Shown: positions 48,755 to 61,398 of the stretch, one piece after another | How positions within the stretch are numbered: the first letter of the stretch is position 1 | Layout: each line of letters begins with the position of its first letter | Assembly: GCA_022813865.1 (NCBI GenBank) | Contig: JALDZX010000012.1 | Coordinates: 124,001-188,000 of the forward strand | DNA: 64,000 bases | Source of the DNA: Xylographa opegraphella | Lineage: Eukaryota | Direction: 5' to 3' | Made by a program: the position numbers and the translations under genes | Notes under the pieces: generated by a model | The model's input: only the letters and a program-made list of their open reading frames with translations | What the model was told of the DNA's origin: nothing | The model's database searches: none

Positions 48755-50295
48755 ATGGCAGATTCGAAAAGTCCAGCTTTGTCTCTTGAGATTGTTGCGC
48801 GATGCTCGGTCAGTGATTTTGTAGACCGATAGCATTTCCTCATCGCATTGCTAAAAAAGCCTAGACCACCAAGGCCCGAGCTTCTCTTCTGACTCTCCCT
48901 CATGGGCCAGTATCACTGCCAATATTCATGCCGGTTGCCACTCAAGCATCTCTCAAAGGTCTTACTCCCCATCAACTGGCCAAAACAGGCTGCAAGCTCT
49001 GCCTCAATAACACCTATCATCTTGGTCTCAGGCCTGGACAAGACACTTTGGACATCATCGGGGGTGCTCACCGGCTTCAGGGATGGAATGGCAATATACT
49101 TACTGATAGCGGTGGGCAAGTCGACGATGAATGATTTTGTTATCGGGTAAAGTACTAATACAGATGTAAAGATTCCAAATGGTGAGCCTGTTGAAACTGG
49201 CTAAAGTCACAGAAGAGGGAGTGCGGTTTTTGAGTCCACATGATGGCGCCCCTATGTACGCCATACCCTAAGATCTTGGGTGCTCTGAATTTGACTGGAT
49301 GACCCTTAGGATGCTAACTCCGGAGCATTCAATTTCCTTACAAAACTCAATTGGCTCAGATATTATGATGCAACTGGACGATGTGATTGCTACTACATCA
49401 CCCGATCTAGAGAGGCTACAGGAGGCGATGTATAGGTCTGTCAGGTGGCTAGACCGCTGCATTGCCGCACACAAGTTCCCGGAGAAACAGAATCTGTTTT
49501 GTATCATCCAGGGTGGGCTTGACCTAGACCTACGTAGGATCTGCTGTGAGGAGATGGTAAAAAGAGACACGCCTGGTATCGCTATTGGGGGACTATCCGG
49601 TGGCGAAGCAAAGGATGAGTATTGTAAAGTGTAAGTGGGTTTTACTTACGTGCGGTAGAGCTCTAATATTCTTCAAGCGTTCAGACCTGTACGAGCCTTC
49701 TTCCCGAAAAGAAGCCGCGGTACGTCATGGGAGTTGGGTATCCTGAGGACTTAGTTGTCTCGGTCGCCCTCGGAGCCGACATGTTTGATTGTGTTTGGCC
49801 CACTAGGACCGCTGTAAGCCCCTCAATCGTCTGTTAAATATGTATGCAGCTAAAAACAACACAAGCGCTTTGGTAACGCTATCACTTCGATAGGAACACT
49901 GAACTTGCGAAACGCTGCTTTCGCGGAGGATTTCAGTGCCATCGAACCTGGCTGTGGCTGCACCTGCTGTCGATCCGAAGACGAAGGAGGTTTAGGTATA
50001 ACGAAAGCTTACATCTATCATGTAGCTTCAAAAGAAACAGCTGGAGCCCATTTGTAGATAAGACAGAATCTCTCTAGAAGAGTCCCGCTAACCACTGCGT
50101 AGGTTGACAATGCACAACGTGCACCACCTCCTACACCTCATGGGTCAGGTGAGAACAGCAATCATTGAGGATAGGTATCCGAAGTTCCTGAGAGACTACT
50201 TTCGCCGCCTGTATAAAGGAGACTCATCCAAGTTTCCGAGCTGGGCGGTATCAGCATTGCTTCGAGTTGGGGTGAATCTATTGACTGGTTCTTGA
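48755..50295 (+). CDS. QTRT1: Queuine tRNA-ribosyltransferase catalytic subunit, 7 exons
   Basis: [30 protein letters not shown] (split by GC-AG intron 49116-49171), [42 protein letters not shown], Zn ligands CGCTCC..HN. Confidence 0.95.
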
Positions 50296-51613
50296 GTGGG
50301 ATGCTCCTCCGTCCGCTGAGTGAGTGGTACAAGCATGGGACACTATCGCAGGCCGTGATGCTACGACCCCTCCCGCTTTCTTTTGTGTACCAGACCATCT
50401 TCGGTCTACGCTTGAGGTTCTGCGGTCCAATTCTATTGAGTGCATTACGACAATGGTGCCACAATCATACCGCCGAAAGACCTCATCGGTGCCTGAGAGA
50501 ACTGCCTTAGAAAGACACGATGCTTGCACTGTAAATACAAATCCCATGACGATGTTTGTTCGAGATGACCGGAACGAACATCTGAAGTCTATGAAATTGG
50601 ATGGAGGAGCGGCTTTCATCACTACTAGCAATCCACTTCCTGTCCCTATCAGGGTCCGCGGACGGCTTGTCTGGCGTTTAGCACCAAGCATAAGAATGCA
50701 TATCGAGCATAGTAACCTCCATCTTCGGCACACCGTCATGTGTGCGCATTAAGATTTACTTTTGGGATGGCTGCCCTCGTGGAAATGAAGTTAGTGGACT
50801 GTATATCATGGGTGATAACAAGCTACGGTTATAAGGCCCAGAGTAAACCTAGGAAGTCCAAAAGCAGATAGACGGTTAGAAAACAGGAATCTTTGGAGTC
50901 TAGCAGTGCAGGGACATTCTTCTTGTCTCGTCTGGATAAGTGGTGGTAGCACGCATAGATTAGCTAACAATTAATGAGAAGCGAGCAAGATTCAAGCAAT
51001 CGGTGACAACGTGTAATGACCAGATATCTGCAGCCTGCAATCAAAGTTGGTTGACGAGTAGTTGTGCCATCTTGAAGTTGCTGAGTTTTCGTCACAGAAT
51101 TACAGAATCAAATAGAGAACAGGGAGACATGTCTAGGTAAAAGAGAAACATAAGAGAATGTAGCTTCATCCAGGTTCAAGCTTGTGCGAGTCGTCAGCCT
51201 AGACCTCAAACATAATGAATTGTGACTCTGCCGAATAGGACGATTGAACATGGAAAAGACTGTTGGCAAAATGCTGACTTGCGTTGGAAGACTGAAAACT
51301 GGCTACAGATTGATTATTAGCTCTTGAAGCATTAGCTAAGTGCTTAATTATACAACGGGGAATGATCAAAAGGAGGGCTGTACGTAATGTATGAAGCCCC
51401 AGAGAACTAACAGCCAAATTTTGTTGAAGTGTTGGGACTACTGGAGGTGAAGCCCTAGTGCGATATCGCGTAGGTAACGCGCCAGCGCGTAACCCAAATC
51501 AGCGACTCGTACGACATGATGGTGCCCTCCAATAAGCTATTTCCGCTCCAACAGAGGGGGCTCTGCGAAGTGCTCTGCCAGCGATTGCTGGCGGCAGCTT
51601 TGGCGCATCCAAA

Positions 51614-54600
51614 ATGGAAGACGATGCGATGCTGGACAGCTCGAGAAACGTGGCGGCGCCCTCCATACCTACATTCAAGTCAACAAAGCCAACAGGTGAA
51701 ACAATCTCTGCTACCATGAGACGCCTTTCATCAAGTGCAGCAGCGTTGACTGCCCTTCCTCCCTCATCTCCAGTCCAGTCTCCTACCGTCTCAAATGTTC
51801 AATCGCAGATTCCGTCGGATCGTCTAAATGTTACTTCTCCAGCTCCTTTTCAAAGAACCTCGACGTCAAGCTCAACCGGATCTACAGAACGATCGTTCAC
51901 ACCCACTTTGAACAAAAGAACTTCGTTGAGCTCTCTGAAAGGAGGAAGCGGTGTTACACCTCCCAGATCTCCAGTGATAAGACGAGTACCATCCAACCTC
52001 TCTTCAACGACAGCCATGACATCGCGATCCTCACTTCCAGCGCCTGCCGAAGAGACCCTTCAATCTCCTCTTATAACTTCGGCTACAGTGGCAAGAGAGC
52101 ACTTTCAGCAGGAAATGCGGTCGTCTGATCAATGTAAGGATTCCGAAGTCGTTGTAATCTTACATGATGCTTGTTATGGACACCGCTTTGCGAGACCAAG
52201 AACCTCCAAAGCCAATCTTAATACGATTGTTGAACGTCCAGAGCGAATCCAGGCTACTGTTCTAGGAGTATCTACAGCTTATGTTCGCTTGGGTGGACGA
52301 CATGCAGAAGGCCACAAACCGCCTGGCCGAACATTATCACATGGTTTTGCACCCAATGCCCCTTTCAGAATCCAAAAAAGCTCTCGAGCGGTCTCCTTAA
52401 TCTCACCAGTGGTTACTCAAGTACATGGCACAAAATGGATGGCAGAATTGAAGACAATGTGCGAAGGAGCAGAGTCCAAACTAGCATTTAATGGTAAAGA
52501 ATTAGTTCGCCCTCTTTCGTCTCTTGACGACCACGAAGAGAGACCCAAGCTACATGAAGGAGACCTATACCTATGTGCAGAGTCATTGAATGCGCTTGAA
52601 GGCGCTCTAGGTGGTGTCTGTGACGCTGTGGATGCTGTATTTGCCGGCACTGCCACAAAACGCTGCTTCGTGAGCGTACGGCCACCAGGGCATCATTGTT
52701 CCGCAAGTTACCCCTCTGGATTCTGCTGGGTTAACAATGTGCATGTTGGTATATCGCATGCCTCCATGGTACACGGCTTGACACACGCTGCAATAATTGA
52801 TTTCGACTTACACCACGGGGATGGGTCTCAAGTAATCACTTGGGCCCACAATGCCAAAGTAGCTGCTCTTCCCAAAAATGTGCCAGTCTCCAAGAAGACT
52901 TCCATAGGCTACTTCAGCTTACATGACATCAACTCGTATCCCTGTGAATGGGGCGATCAGGAGAAGGTACAGAATGCGAGTCTTTGTCTCGAGAACGCGC
53001 ATGGACAAACCATATGGAACGTGCATTTACAACCATGGAAAACTGAGGCTGAGTTTTGGTCATTATATGAAAGCCGTTACTCGGTATTACTTCATAAGAC
53101 AAGAGCCTTCCTTCGAAATCACTACGACAAAATTCGTTCTTCCACCCATTCCCCAAAACCGGTTGGGGCTATCTTCATATCTGCAGGTTTTGACGCAAGC
53201 GAGTGGGAAAGTCCTGGGATGCAACGGCATAAAGTCAATGTGCCGACTGATTTTTATGCTCGCTTCACTCGCGACATTGTTGAGTTGGCAGATGAGGAAG
53301 GACTGGGTGTGGACGGCAGGGTCATAAGTGTGCTTGAGGGTGGTTATAGTGATCGTGCACTCACAAGTGGTGTATTGGGCCATATATGTGGACTTATCGG
53401 TAATACTGAAGCGGCGAGTCCAACAGAGGCGCGCAATAGTTTGGGTCTTGAGATGGGTCTTCGTTTGGGTAAGTTGACCCTAGGAGAGTCAAGCCAAAAT
53501 ACTCAAAAATCCTTCAAACCAACGTCTGCCATGGTTGATTCGCGTTGGTGGTCGTTGCCGTTTCTTGAACAGCTAGAGGCAATCGCAAATCCTTCTGCTC
53601 CTACAGGTCCTCCAAAGAAGGCTCGTACTGGTACAACAACTTACAATTCGCCTACTCAATCATTTACGGCCAAGATGGTGGCCCCAGGTATCGCGCGTCG
53701 CTCCTTCTCGGGTTCTGCTTATGGTCAGAGGTCATCTTCAAGTGCTAGCTCCAGAGCCCCCACTCCACCCCTTCCTGACGTAGATTGGATAACGGCCGCT
53801 CATGAGCTGTGTAAGCTTCTTATACCGTCAGATCGACAAGTGGATAGTTGCAAAGCCGAGGATCTTAATGCCGAGGCTACACGTGCTCGTCGCGTTCGCC
53901 AGTCTGGTGTTGGTCTTTCTCAGGAAGCGCCTTTATCAGATGTCGTGCCCATGCAGCTTCGAGACCGGAAGGCAAAAGGACCCAGTGTCAGGACAGAGAG
54001 CGACGAAGAAAAAGCACTGCAAAGGGGCAGTCGCAGAAAGACTATTGCTGGAGCTGCTCTTTCAAAACCAAATAACTCAGTAAATGAAATTTCGTCCACC
54101 CAAGCAGGCTTTCGCCCAATTCGACGTCGATCAAGCGTTGCATCTACGGTGATGTCAATAGAAAACAAGGGACATGCAATCAGTGAAAAGAGTTTCCACG
54201 AAGATCAATCGAATGGCCAGCTCGAGGCAAGTGGTAGTAGGCCGCCTAGCTCCTTGAGCATGCGCCCTGGTTCTTCGTTGAGTACGATGCCGGCATTGCC
54301 GCTACCAATCATCAAGAAAGTGCGGGTGCCTAGCAAACCTAAACAGCCACAAGGTAACATGACCAAGAAGCAGCCGGCTAAAGCTACTGTTGCCCGTGTT
54401 CCATCAGTATCAGCCGCTCCAGAATCGTCTCTGCATGGGGATACTTCAATATCGACCACTGCTTCAGAGTACAAACCTGTTTCAAAGGTGCAGCCAACTA
54501 CGCAACCTGATCTTGATCATCTTGCCTCCGGGATGAAGAAGATGAGCATCAAACTCAACGTAGCCCAACGAGATGATACCAAGCCGGGAGAAGGAAAGCC

Positions 54601-55324
54601 GAAAGCACCTCCAAGACAGCCGAGGAAGTCAAATGTGGGAAGACCAAAGAAAACGCCGCTCGAGCGCCCAAATTACACAGCCACGCCTACGGATGAGCAT
54701 GCGCAGATCGTGGCAGCTAAGGCAAATTCGGATTCGATTGCTGAGCATCAACCTGTGCCCAGCATACTGGAAGAATGTCCTCAGCTCCATCTCTCCCAAG
54801 CCGAGCCTCCAAATGGACAGCCTCAAGCAACGTCAGCCGAACCCACCACACATGATCTGCCATCTTCATTCGTACCGCCTAATCCTGCAGCCGTTCCGGC
54901 CCCTACAGATGTCCCAGGACTTCCCAACATAAATGCTGCACCAGTATCAAACCCCTCTGCCAATGTAACTCAAGAGTTTTCCAGCGCAGTACCTACCGAA
55001 ACTCAACCACCAGACTCCTTTCCACCTTCTGCATTCCCAGCCCAGACACCCTCGACCCCGAAGCACACAAAACAAGTACTCCCCACATTCACGTCCACGT
55101 CGCCCATCATCTTCGGGAAGCCCAGCTTGCCAACAAACATGATCGATCGAATCTCTGCCGAGCGGCCTCCAGTATTTCCACGCCACGGAACAGATACCGC
55201 GCCCCGTCTCGAGCAGATCCAAGCTCCCAGTAATCCCACAGCCACGCCTGCAGCGCACGTGCATGGTCGCGACCAGCATCAAGATCAGCCGGTAGATATC
55301 TGGAGCGTGCCAGACACACCGTAG
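51614..55324 (+). CDS. HOS3: Histone deacetylase Hos3; intronless
   Basis: IVERPERI, LHEGDLYLC, VRPPGHH, GFCWVNNVH, IIDFDLHHGDG, SLHDINSYPCE, ISAGFDASEWE, VISVLEGGY. Confidence 0.95.
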   Translation: MEDDAMLDSSRNVAAPSIPTFKSTKPTGETISATMRRLSSSAAALTALPPSSPVQSPTVSNVQSQIPSDRLNVTSPAPFQRTSTSSSTGSTERSFTPTLNKRTSLSSLKGGSGVTPPRSPVIRRVPSNLSSTTAMTSRSSLPAPAEETLQSPLITSATVAREHFQQEMRSSDQCKDSEVVVILHDACYGHRFARPRTSKANLNTIVERPERIQATVLGVSTAYVRLGGRHAEGHKPPGRTLSHGFAPNAPFRIQKSSRAVSLISPVVTQVHGTKWMAELKTMCEGAESKLAFNGKELVRPLSSLDDHEERPKLHEGDLYLCAESLNALEGALGGVCDAVDAVFAGTATKRCFVSVRPPGHHCSASYPSGFCWVNNVHVGISHASMVHGLTHAAIIDFDLHHGDGSQVITWAHNAKVAALPKNVPVSKKTSIGYFSLHDINSYPCEWGDQEKVQNASLCLENAHGQTIWNVHLQPWKTEAEFWSLYESRYSVLLHKTRAFLRNHYDKIRSSTHSPKPVGAIFISAGFDASEWESPGMQRHKVNVPTDFYARFTRDIVELADEEGLGVDGRVISVLEGGYSDRALTSGVLGHICGLIGNTEAASPTEARNSLGLEMGLRLGKLTLGESSQNTQKSFKPTSAMVDSRWWSLPFLEQLEAIANPSAPTGPPKKARTGTTTYNSPTQSFTAKMVAPGIARRSFSGSAYGQRSSSSASSRAPTPPLPDVDWITAAHELCKLLIPSDRQVDSCKAEDLNAEATRARRVRQSGVGLSQEAPLSDVVPMQLRDRKAKGPSVRTESDEEKALQRGSRRKTIAGAALSKPNNSVNEISSTQAGFRPIRRRSSVASTVMSIENKGHAISEKSFHEDQSNGQLEASGSRPPSSLSMRPGSSLSTMPALPLPIIKKVRVPSKPKQPQGNMTKKQPAKATVARVPSVSAAPESSLHGDTSISTTASEYKPVSKVQPTTQPDLDHLASGMKKMSIKLNVAQRDDTKPGEGKPKAPPRQPRKSNVGRPKKTPLERPNYTATPTDEHAQIVAAKANSDSIAEHQPVPSILEECPQLHLSQAEPPNGQPQATSAEPTTHDLPSSFVPPNPAAVPAPTDVPGLPNINAAPVSNPSANVTQEFSSAVPTETQPPDSFPPSAFPAQTPSTPKHTKQVLPTFTSTSPIIFGKPSLPTNMIDRISAERPPVFPRHGTDTAPRLEQIQAPSNPTATPAAHVHGRDQHQDQPVDIWSVPDTP

Positions 55325-55810
55325 CAGCGCATGAGTTGAGTGAAGCATGGAACAACCCAGAGCGAACGGACTGACACACTGCATCCTCAATGGATAATGT
55401 GGAGCAATTTCTTTCGTCGTTCTCCTATGTAGTGGCCTGGTTGTAGGATATGGTTTTTTTGATACCCCCGATAGAGAGTCCTTTCTGGAGTTTTGTTTAG
55501 TTCACGTCTCGGCTAAGTTTAGTTCATGCGATAATCTGAATATCGGAAAATTGTGCTTGCAACGCTTCACTATAACGTGTTCGATGATATGGCAAGGACG
55601 ATTCGATGGTGTGATTGTTTCATCAGTCAAGGGACATCTAGTGACAGCCCAAGTATATAAGCCCCTGCTCGGCCTGTGCATATATCCCCAGAATGCCCTC
55701 GAAATACCCAACCACGATGACCAGAGAGTCCCTCGCTATAAAAATTTTACCCAGAACATGACCCCCTGACTATTGTATCTCCCTATAGCTCATCCCCGCT
55801 CCTCACGACC

Positions 55811-55953
<143 letters not shown>

Positions 55954-55972
55954 CCCCGCTTCCCCCTCCCTT

Positions 55973-58900
55973 CTACCCTTTACTCCGCCCGCCCAACGAG
56001 CTCCCCAAACTACTCCCGCCCAACCAGCCCGACCACGCACTAACCCTACTCCCCGTATCACTGACCCAATCCGGGACCTTCACATTCCGCAAACTTATCT
56101 TCATGCGCCCCTCCGCCACCATATGCACGATATTGATAACCCCAAAGGCGCTGCTGCCCAGCGCCCGGAAGAGCGCCAGGCCCGCGACGCTCCACAGCAG
56201 GAACTTGAGGTAGAAGTTGCTGGTGACGTTCGTGCTGTCGTAGGCCTCGCTGACGGCCATGGCGAGCACGGCGTTGGCGACCATCCACGCGACGACCATG
56301 TACGTGCGCACAGCGCGGTAGTAGTCTTCCTGCTGCTGGGCCTCGCTGACACCAGGGACGGACACCTCCAGGCGGTCGCGGAGGTTGCGCAAGGCCTCGT
56401 CGTAGCCGGAGTCGATGTCAAGTTGCTCGGATGGCATTTCGAGGGAGACGGTGTTGCCGGCTTTGCCGACCGCGGCGCCGAGGTCCGTGTGGATGACATT
56501 GTCGCCTTTGGTGCCCCAGGTGACGTCGTGGGTATTGCAGAAGGCGTAGACCTGCAGGGTGCAGATGTAAGAGGGCAGGAGAGCGAAGTATTGGGCGGAT
56601 GAGGTGAACATGTGCCAGGGGTCGAGGTACAGGAAGGACATGAGGAAGTAAAAGCCGACGGTGGAGGCGGTGCTGACAATCAGGTTGGTGAAGATATTGT
56701 CGCCGAGCACGAGGACAGTCAGGGGATTTTTGAGTTGTGAGATGATGATATAGAGCGAGCAGAAAAAGGTGTACGCCATGATGACGGAGTAGACGATCAT
56801 ACTGGACAAGAACATCCGTTTCGCGCTGTGGACATGAGAGGGTGATTAGCAAGAGTCAGGGCCATGGAGATGAGATGAAACGTACCCTTGGGGACGATTG
56901 CCCATGGAAAGGATAAACTGAGTGCATATCAAGAGAATACAAGCGAAACGAAGGAGCACAAATATGTATAGGCCTAAGCTATGGCCAAACGGGTCAAGCT
57001 TAGGATCTGACAAGGACCCAGCGATGAAGTAAAATGTGAGGTAAAAGTTAGCCTTTTGGATCATGTTAGCAGGCAGGACACGGTGGCTGGAATGGGATCC
57101 ATACTAGGGAGAAATATGTAAACATCAAGCTGACGAATTGGTACACAAATTCAATATGCAGCAGAACTTTTCGACTTATGGTGTGATCAGTCTTCCAGAT
57201 CTGTCGGAAGTGTATCAAAGAATAAACAGCCGCGAAAAATGCTCCATTAAGCCATCTTCGCCTTTGGGATATAAATTCGGGGACAGCGTCTATTAGTGTT
57301 AGCTTTGTAGCGCTTGAGCATTTTGAGGAATTGTACCTGGAACGTCGGTTTCGCCAGTTGCACTCTTGACGTATTTCAAGACCCACCGCTCGTCCCTTTT
57401 CGCGACTAGCTCCCAGCAGAGAATTCTATCTTCAGCGAGATACATATTGGCCGTGAAGACGTCCGCATTTTGTCCATGTAGCGTTTCACCCTTGAAATAC
57501 TGGGAAAGTGGGCCATGGCCAGTCGTATCATTCTGCAAAGCATAATATCTGTAGGCACTCAGAGCACCTGGTAATACCGTAATGTAGCCAAAGACAGACT
57601 CCAAAGGCTTGTCGAGGATATTTGACATCTTGTACTCGAAGTTCTGAGATGCTACCAGAGGGTTGAGGAGACCTAGCCATGCTTTTCCTTTTCCGGCTTT
57701 AATTTCACCGCAGGCGCCCGCAACATTTGAGTCAGTATCAAAGGCTTTCCATAGATGATACAACGAATCTGGTCCGGGCTTAGTACCAACATCCAGCAAG
57801 ATGCATACGTTTGGGCTCAGAGCCTTTCCAAATGCATTGAAGAACCAGCGATGAGAGTTGAGTTTCTTTTGATTCTTCTCCTTCAGGCAAAAAATCATCT
57901 GACAAGGCACTATACCCTTCTCAGCTCCCTTGAACTTCAAATCCGGATCAAGGGAGACCTGTGTCGTGTATTCGTATACGTGTGCCTTCACTTCTCGCTG
58001 ATTGACCAGATTCTTGGCAATCCCGTCCTGGTAAATACCCATTGCTGCGAGTGCGTCCAAAGTTCTCGGATGCACCTTTTGTCGACCGTCGGAGACTATA
58101 CAAACGACAATTTTTTCCCAGCCATTTTTACCCCATGTCCGGGATTTCGAGCGTGAGCAGAAGTGGGCAATATTCCTCATAACCCCATGCATAGTCCTAG
58201 TGAAGTCTATCTCATTCTCGTTGTACATTGTAATGCAGATGAAAAGTTCGGTCTCCCTGGAAGGGCTGCAGATGTTCTGCCGTAGCTTGTATCCATTCAG
58301 GACAAAATCGTCAGGATCGCATGTCACGGCAGTATATCGCATATGGGTAAATTCGATTTGATCCCGTCGAGGTAAGAAGCTGTAGAGGATTGTAGGAATC
58401 TTACACTCAAGAATAAGCTCTCCATTGATCAAGCGGACTTCCTTCTTCGCCATTTGAGCTTGCCGTGCGCCTCTCCTTCTTTCTTGCTTTCCATCTGGTG
58501 CAGGACCATAATGTTCATCTTGCGCACAGAGTTCGTCAGTAAATGTAGATTGTGATTGAAAAGAATCTTGTGACTTGAGATTGGCTCGAGGATCTTCAGA
58601 CGATGGACCAAAAACATCGTCTACGTCGTCGATGGGGATTGTAGTATGTTCTGAAAGACTTTTGGATCCTCTGCTGGTGCTTTGAGGACCTGAAAACAAA
58701 GGTGCTGGAGGAAGTGGCCGCCGTGGACTCCCACCGAACTTGGATGAAGGTGTTCCCGGTCGGGGACTTCCATTAAGATCTGCCGGCTCATAGGCTATGG
58801 GAGACACGGGCCGCCTTGAGGAGTTCGAAGACGTCCGCGATGGAGTCCACGAGTTCGTGCGAGATGTATGGCTTGGAGAATATGGCGCGTATTGGGGGGT

Positions 58901-59415
58901 ATCTCTAGGTGGTGGAAGATTCGGAGCTGTGTCTAAAATCGAAGGCGATTGAGGTCGTGGCGGAGATGCTATCGAAGGTTGGTAGGATCTCTGAGGAGAT
59001 ATTGGTCTGTTTGAGTTTTGGGGTAAGCTTTGTTTCTTGAATGTTACTCGCACTGTTGGATGACGCTTAGGAGGCTCATGGTTCTTGCTAACATGGGCAG
59101 TAGATGACCATTCAGAAGGCGCAGAGCTTCTCTCATCTTCGTCAAAAGATTTGTCTTACTCAAAGTGCTCGATAGCTCTTGCTCTGTCTGTTTCTGGACC
59201 AATTTGCGCTTGGGGATGATATGTGCTTTTGTGGACAAATAAAGAAAAGGAACATACGGGCGCTGCTCAGGATTCTCCACTGGAGTCAATAAGCGCATTG
59301 ACGATCCATTGTTTGGCATATTCGTCGGTGTGCCCTCATTTGGGGCCTCGAAGTATGAAGGAGGACCTCCAGAGTAATCCGGAGGCCCATTGGAAGGGGT
59401 TGAAAGTCGATTCAT
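55973..59415 (-). CDS. CHS2: Chitin synthase, class II (ChsA/Chs-2 type), about 5 exons
   Basis: [66 protein letters not shown]. Introns at ~59007-59257, ~57290-57336, ~57053-57103 and ~56827-56885. Confidence 0.93.
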
Positions 59416-59889
59416 GACGAATGAAATGTGACCAGTTGGATCAGCTAGGGCGATCGAGACTATTGAATTCGCAGTTGAATTGAACGAGACAGCTTCTTAC
59501 GGCATGACTGCGGGACCCCAATACATTGGCAGCTTGAAGTCAAGAAGACGCAGCTTCTGCTTTCATAGGTTTCCTATTTCGGAAGAAGGTAAACAAACAC
59601 ATTTCTCGCTTACGGCCTTGTTACGTAGTAGCTCCTTGGCCGCTCGGCATTCATCCGACGCTAGCCCCTTTAGTTCGTCCATCAAAGAGACGTCATTTGC
59701 AGCAGTTCTTGACTGGTCGTCCTGAGATCTCCCTCTGTTGATCATGTGATGAATTTTGTTTCTACGAGATCAGGCTCGATTCCAGTAGTTGACAGATATA
59801 GCCTGCTCAGCAAGAAGATACCTAGGACACCAGGGTAAACCCAAGAGTCCGTAATAGTTTGTGCAAAGCTGGTACACCGTGTTTTACAT

Positions 59890-60807
59890 CTACTTGCCCT
59901 TCCCGACGTGCTCCTCTACCCACTCAGCTATACTTGTCGCCTTTCTCCCTAGCAGCCACTCCAATACATTCGGGCTCCCTACCAAACCTCTCCGATTGTA
60001 GTACAATAGCATCCTCTCCGCTGCGTCCCTTGTGTAAGGATCCTCCTCCGAGCCTCCAGACATCATCTTCATAAATCCGTCAGTTGCTTCTTGCAGTCCC
60101 ACCTGCTCGACCACCACCTCCTTCCCTATCTTCTGCCCCACAATCCTCATAACCTCATTATAGGTTACCGGCCCCGTCCCACAGATCTCATAACTCGCAC
60201 TGTAATGCTTTGCCCCCTGCCGTAGCACTTTAGCCCCAGCTTCTCCAAAGTCCTTTAGCGCCACGAAGCTGAATCCCACGCTAGGATCCCATTTCACCGG
60301 GAACACCACCTTGTCTCCCTGCTCCAGGGCCAACTCTACAGCGGGTATCATCTCCATGAAATGCGTGGGTTGCAGAATCGTGTAAGGCACCCCGCTTTCC
60401 AGAAGAGCTTCCTCAACGTACCGCTTGCAGTCATGGTTGAGCATCTTACGGATGGAAGAGTGCAGAACGCTGCTGTAAATGAAATGACGGAAGCGACCAT
60501 TGCGGGTGTGACGTTCTGCCGAAGCGGCATACACAAGCGCAAGGCCAATGGTTGTTTCAAAGGGGTGGAAGGGGGGCCCAATGTGATAAAGCGCAGTGGC
60601 ATTGTGGAGGATTGAAGCGCAAAAGGAAGGAGAGCAGAGATCTCCTACAAGAACTTCGGCCGCGGGATATGCAGAGCGGAGGCGATCAGCGGAAGATCCG
60701 GAATGGCAGATCAGACGGAGCGAAAGAGATGGAGGGAGGAAGGGCAGGAGCTGCGAGGCTTGTTTGCCGCTGGCACTGGTGATGACAAGGAGGTCTGATA
60801 GTGATAT
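59890..60807 (-). CDS. NmrA-like NAD(P)-binding protein; the apparent start codon is ATA, so it may be a pseudogene
   Basis: Open frame ISLSDLLVITSASGKQASQLL..AEVLVGDL..LYHIGPPFHPFETTIG..HFIYSSVLH..KRYVEEALLESGVPYTILQPTHFME. No in-frame ATG precedes the Rossmann motif. Confidence 0.75.
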   Translation of the reverse strand: MSLSDLLVITSASGKQASQLLPFLPPSLSLRLICHSGSSADRLRSAYPAAEVLVGDLCSPSFCASILHNATALYHIGPPFHPFETTIGLALVYAASAERHTRNGRFRHFIYSSVLHSSIRKMLNHDCKRYVEEALLESGVPYTILQPTHFMEMIPAVELALEQGDKVVFPVKWDPSVGFSFVALKDFGEAGAKVLRQGAKHYSASYEICGTGPVTYNEVMRIVGQKIGKEVVVEQVGLQEATDGFMKMMSGGSEEDPYTRDAAERMLLYYNRRGLVGSPNVLEWLLGRKATSIAEWVEEHVGKGK

Positions 60808-61398
60808 GCTGGGAACTCAGATGGTCGTCGCTGATTTACTGGTGTTACTGACCGCAAGTGGAAAAGCATACGAGGGAGTCAGCCATATATGGGCAACTTC
60901 GGTCGTCAGCAATTAAATCGATCATCAAAGCGGAGTGTCACGTCATCTTGACACGGTCAGTCCACGCTTCGACCAAGCGCATCATCCGATCGGAGTAGAG
61001 CCGAAATCGTCGTCCTCACATTAGGTTCTCAGTATGCAGCGAGAGAGGTCTTTAGCTGTGGCCAGCGGTGTGGTTCACAATTTGCCTCGCTCCAATGAAG
61101 TATGGAGCTGCAGAGCACCAACAGCGACCGCCAAGCTCAGTTTTTCTTCATGCTTTACTCCGTACGAGACTTGGGATAGTCGAAAGTATGAAGCATTTAC
61201 ACCACCTTTTGGACGATGCTCCATTTTTGAGTTGTAAATTTATAATTAGGAGGCTCAATAATTCTTGCTTGCAATTGCTCTAGAAAGTCTATATGCCCCA
61301 ATCCACTCCTCATTCCAGATCGGTGTCCATCTTCTCACAAGCGCCGAACTCCTTGATCATCTACGCTCGGGTAAAAGAATCGTGTCGATATCAATATA

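Noticed and set aside
50278..50752. Overlapping 153-aa and 142-aa ORFs after TGT
   Set aside because: No motifs and non-protein-like composition; probably 3' UTR or intergenic.
59745..59800. GGCTCGATTCC T-loop-like motif with nearby GTGATGA
   Set aside because: No tRNA cloverleaf and no box D could be built.
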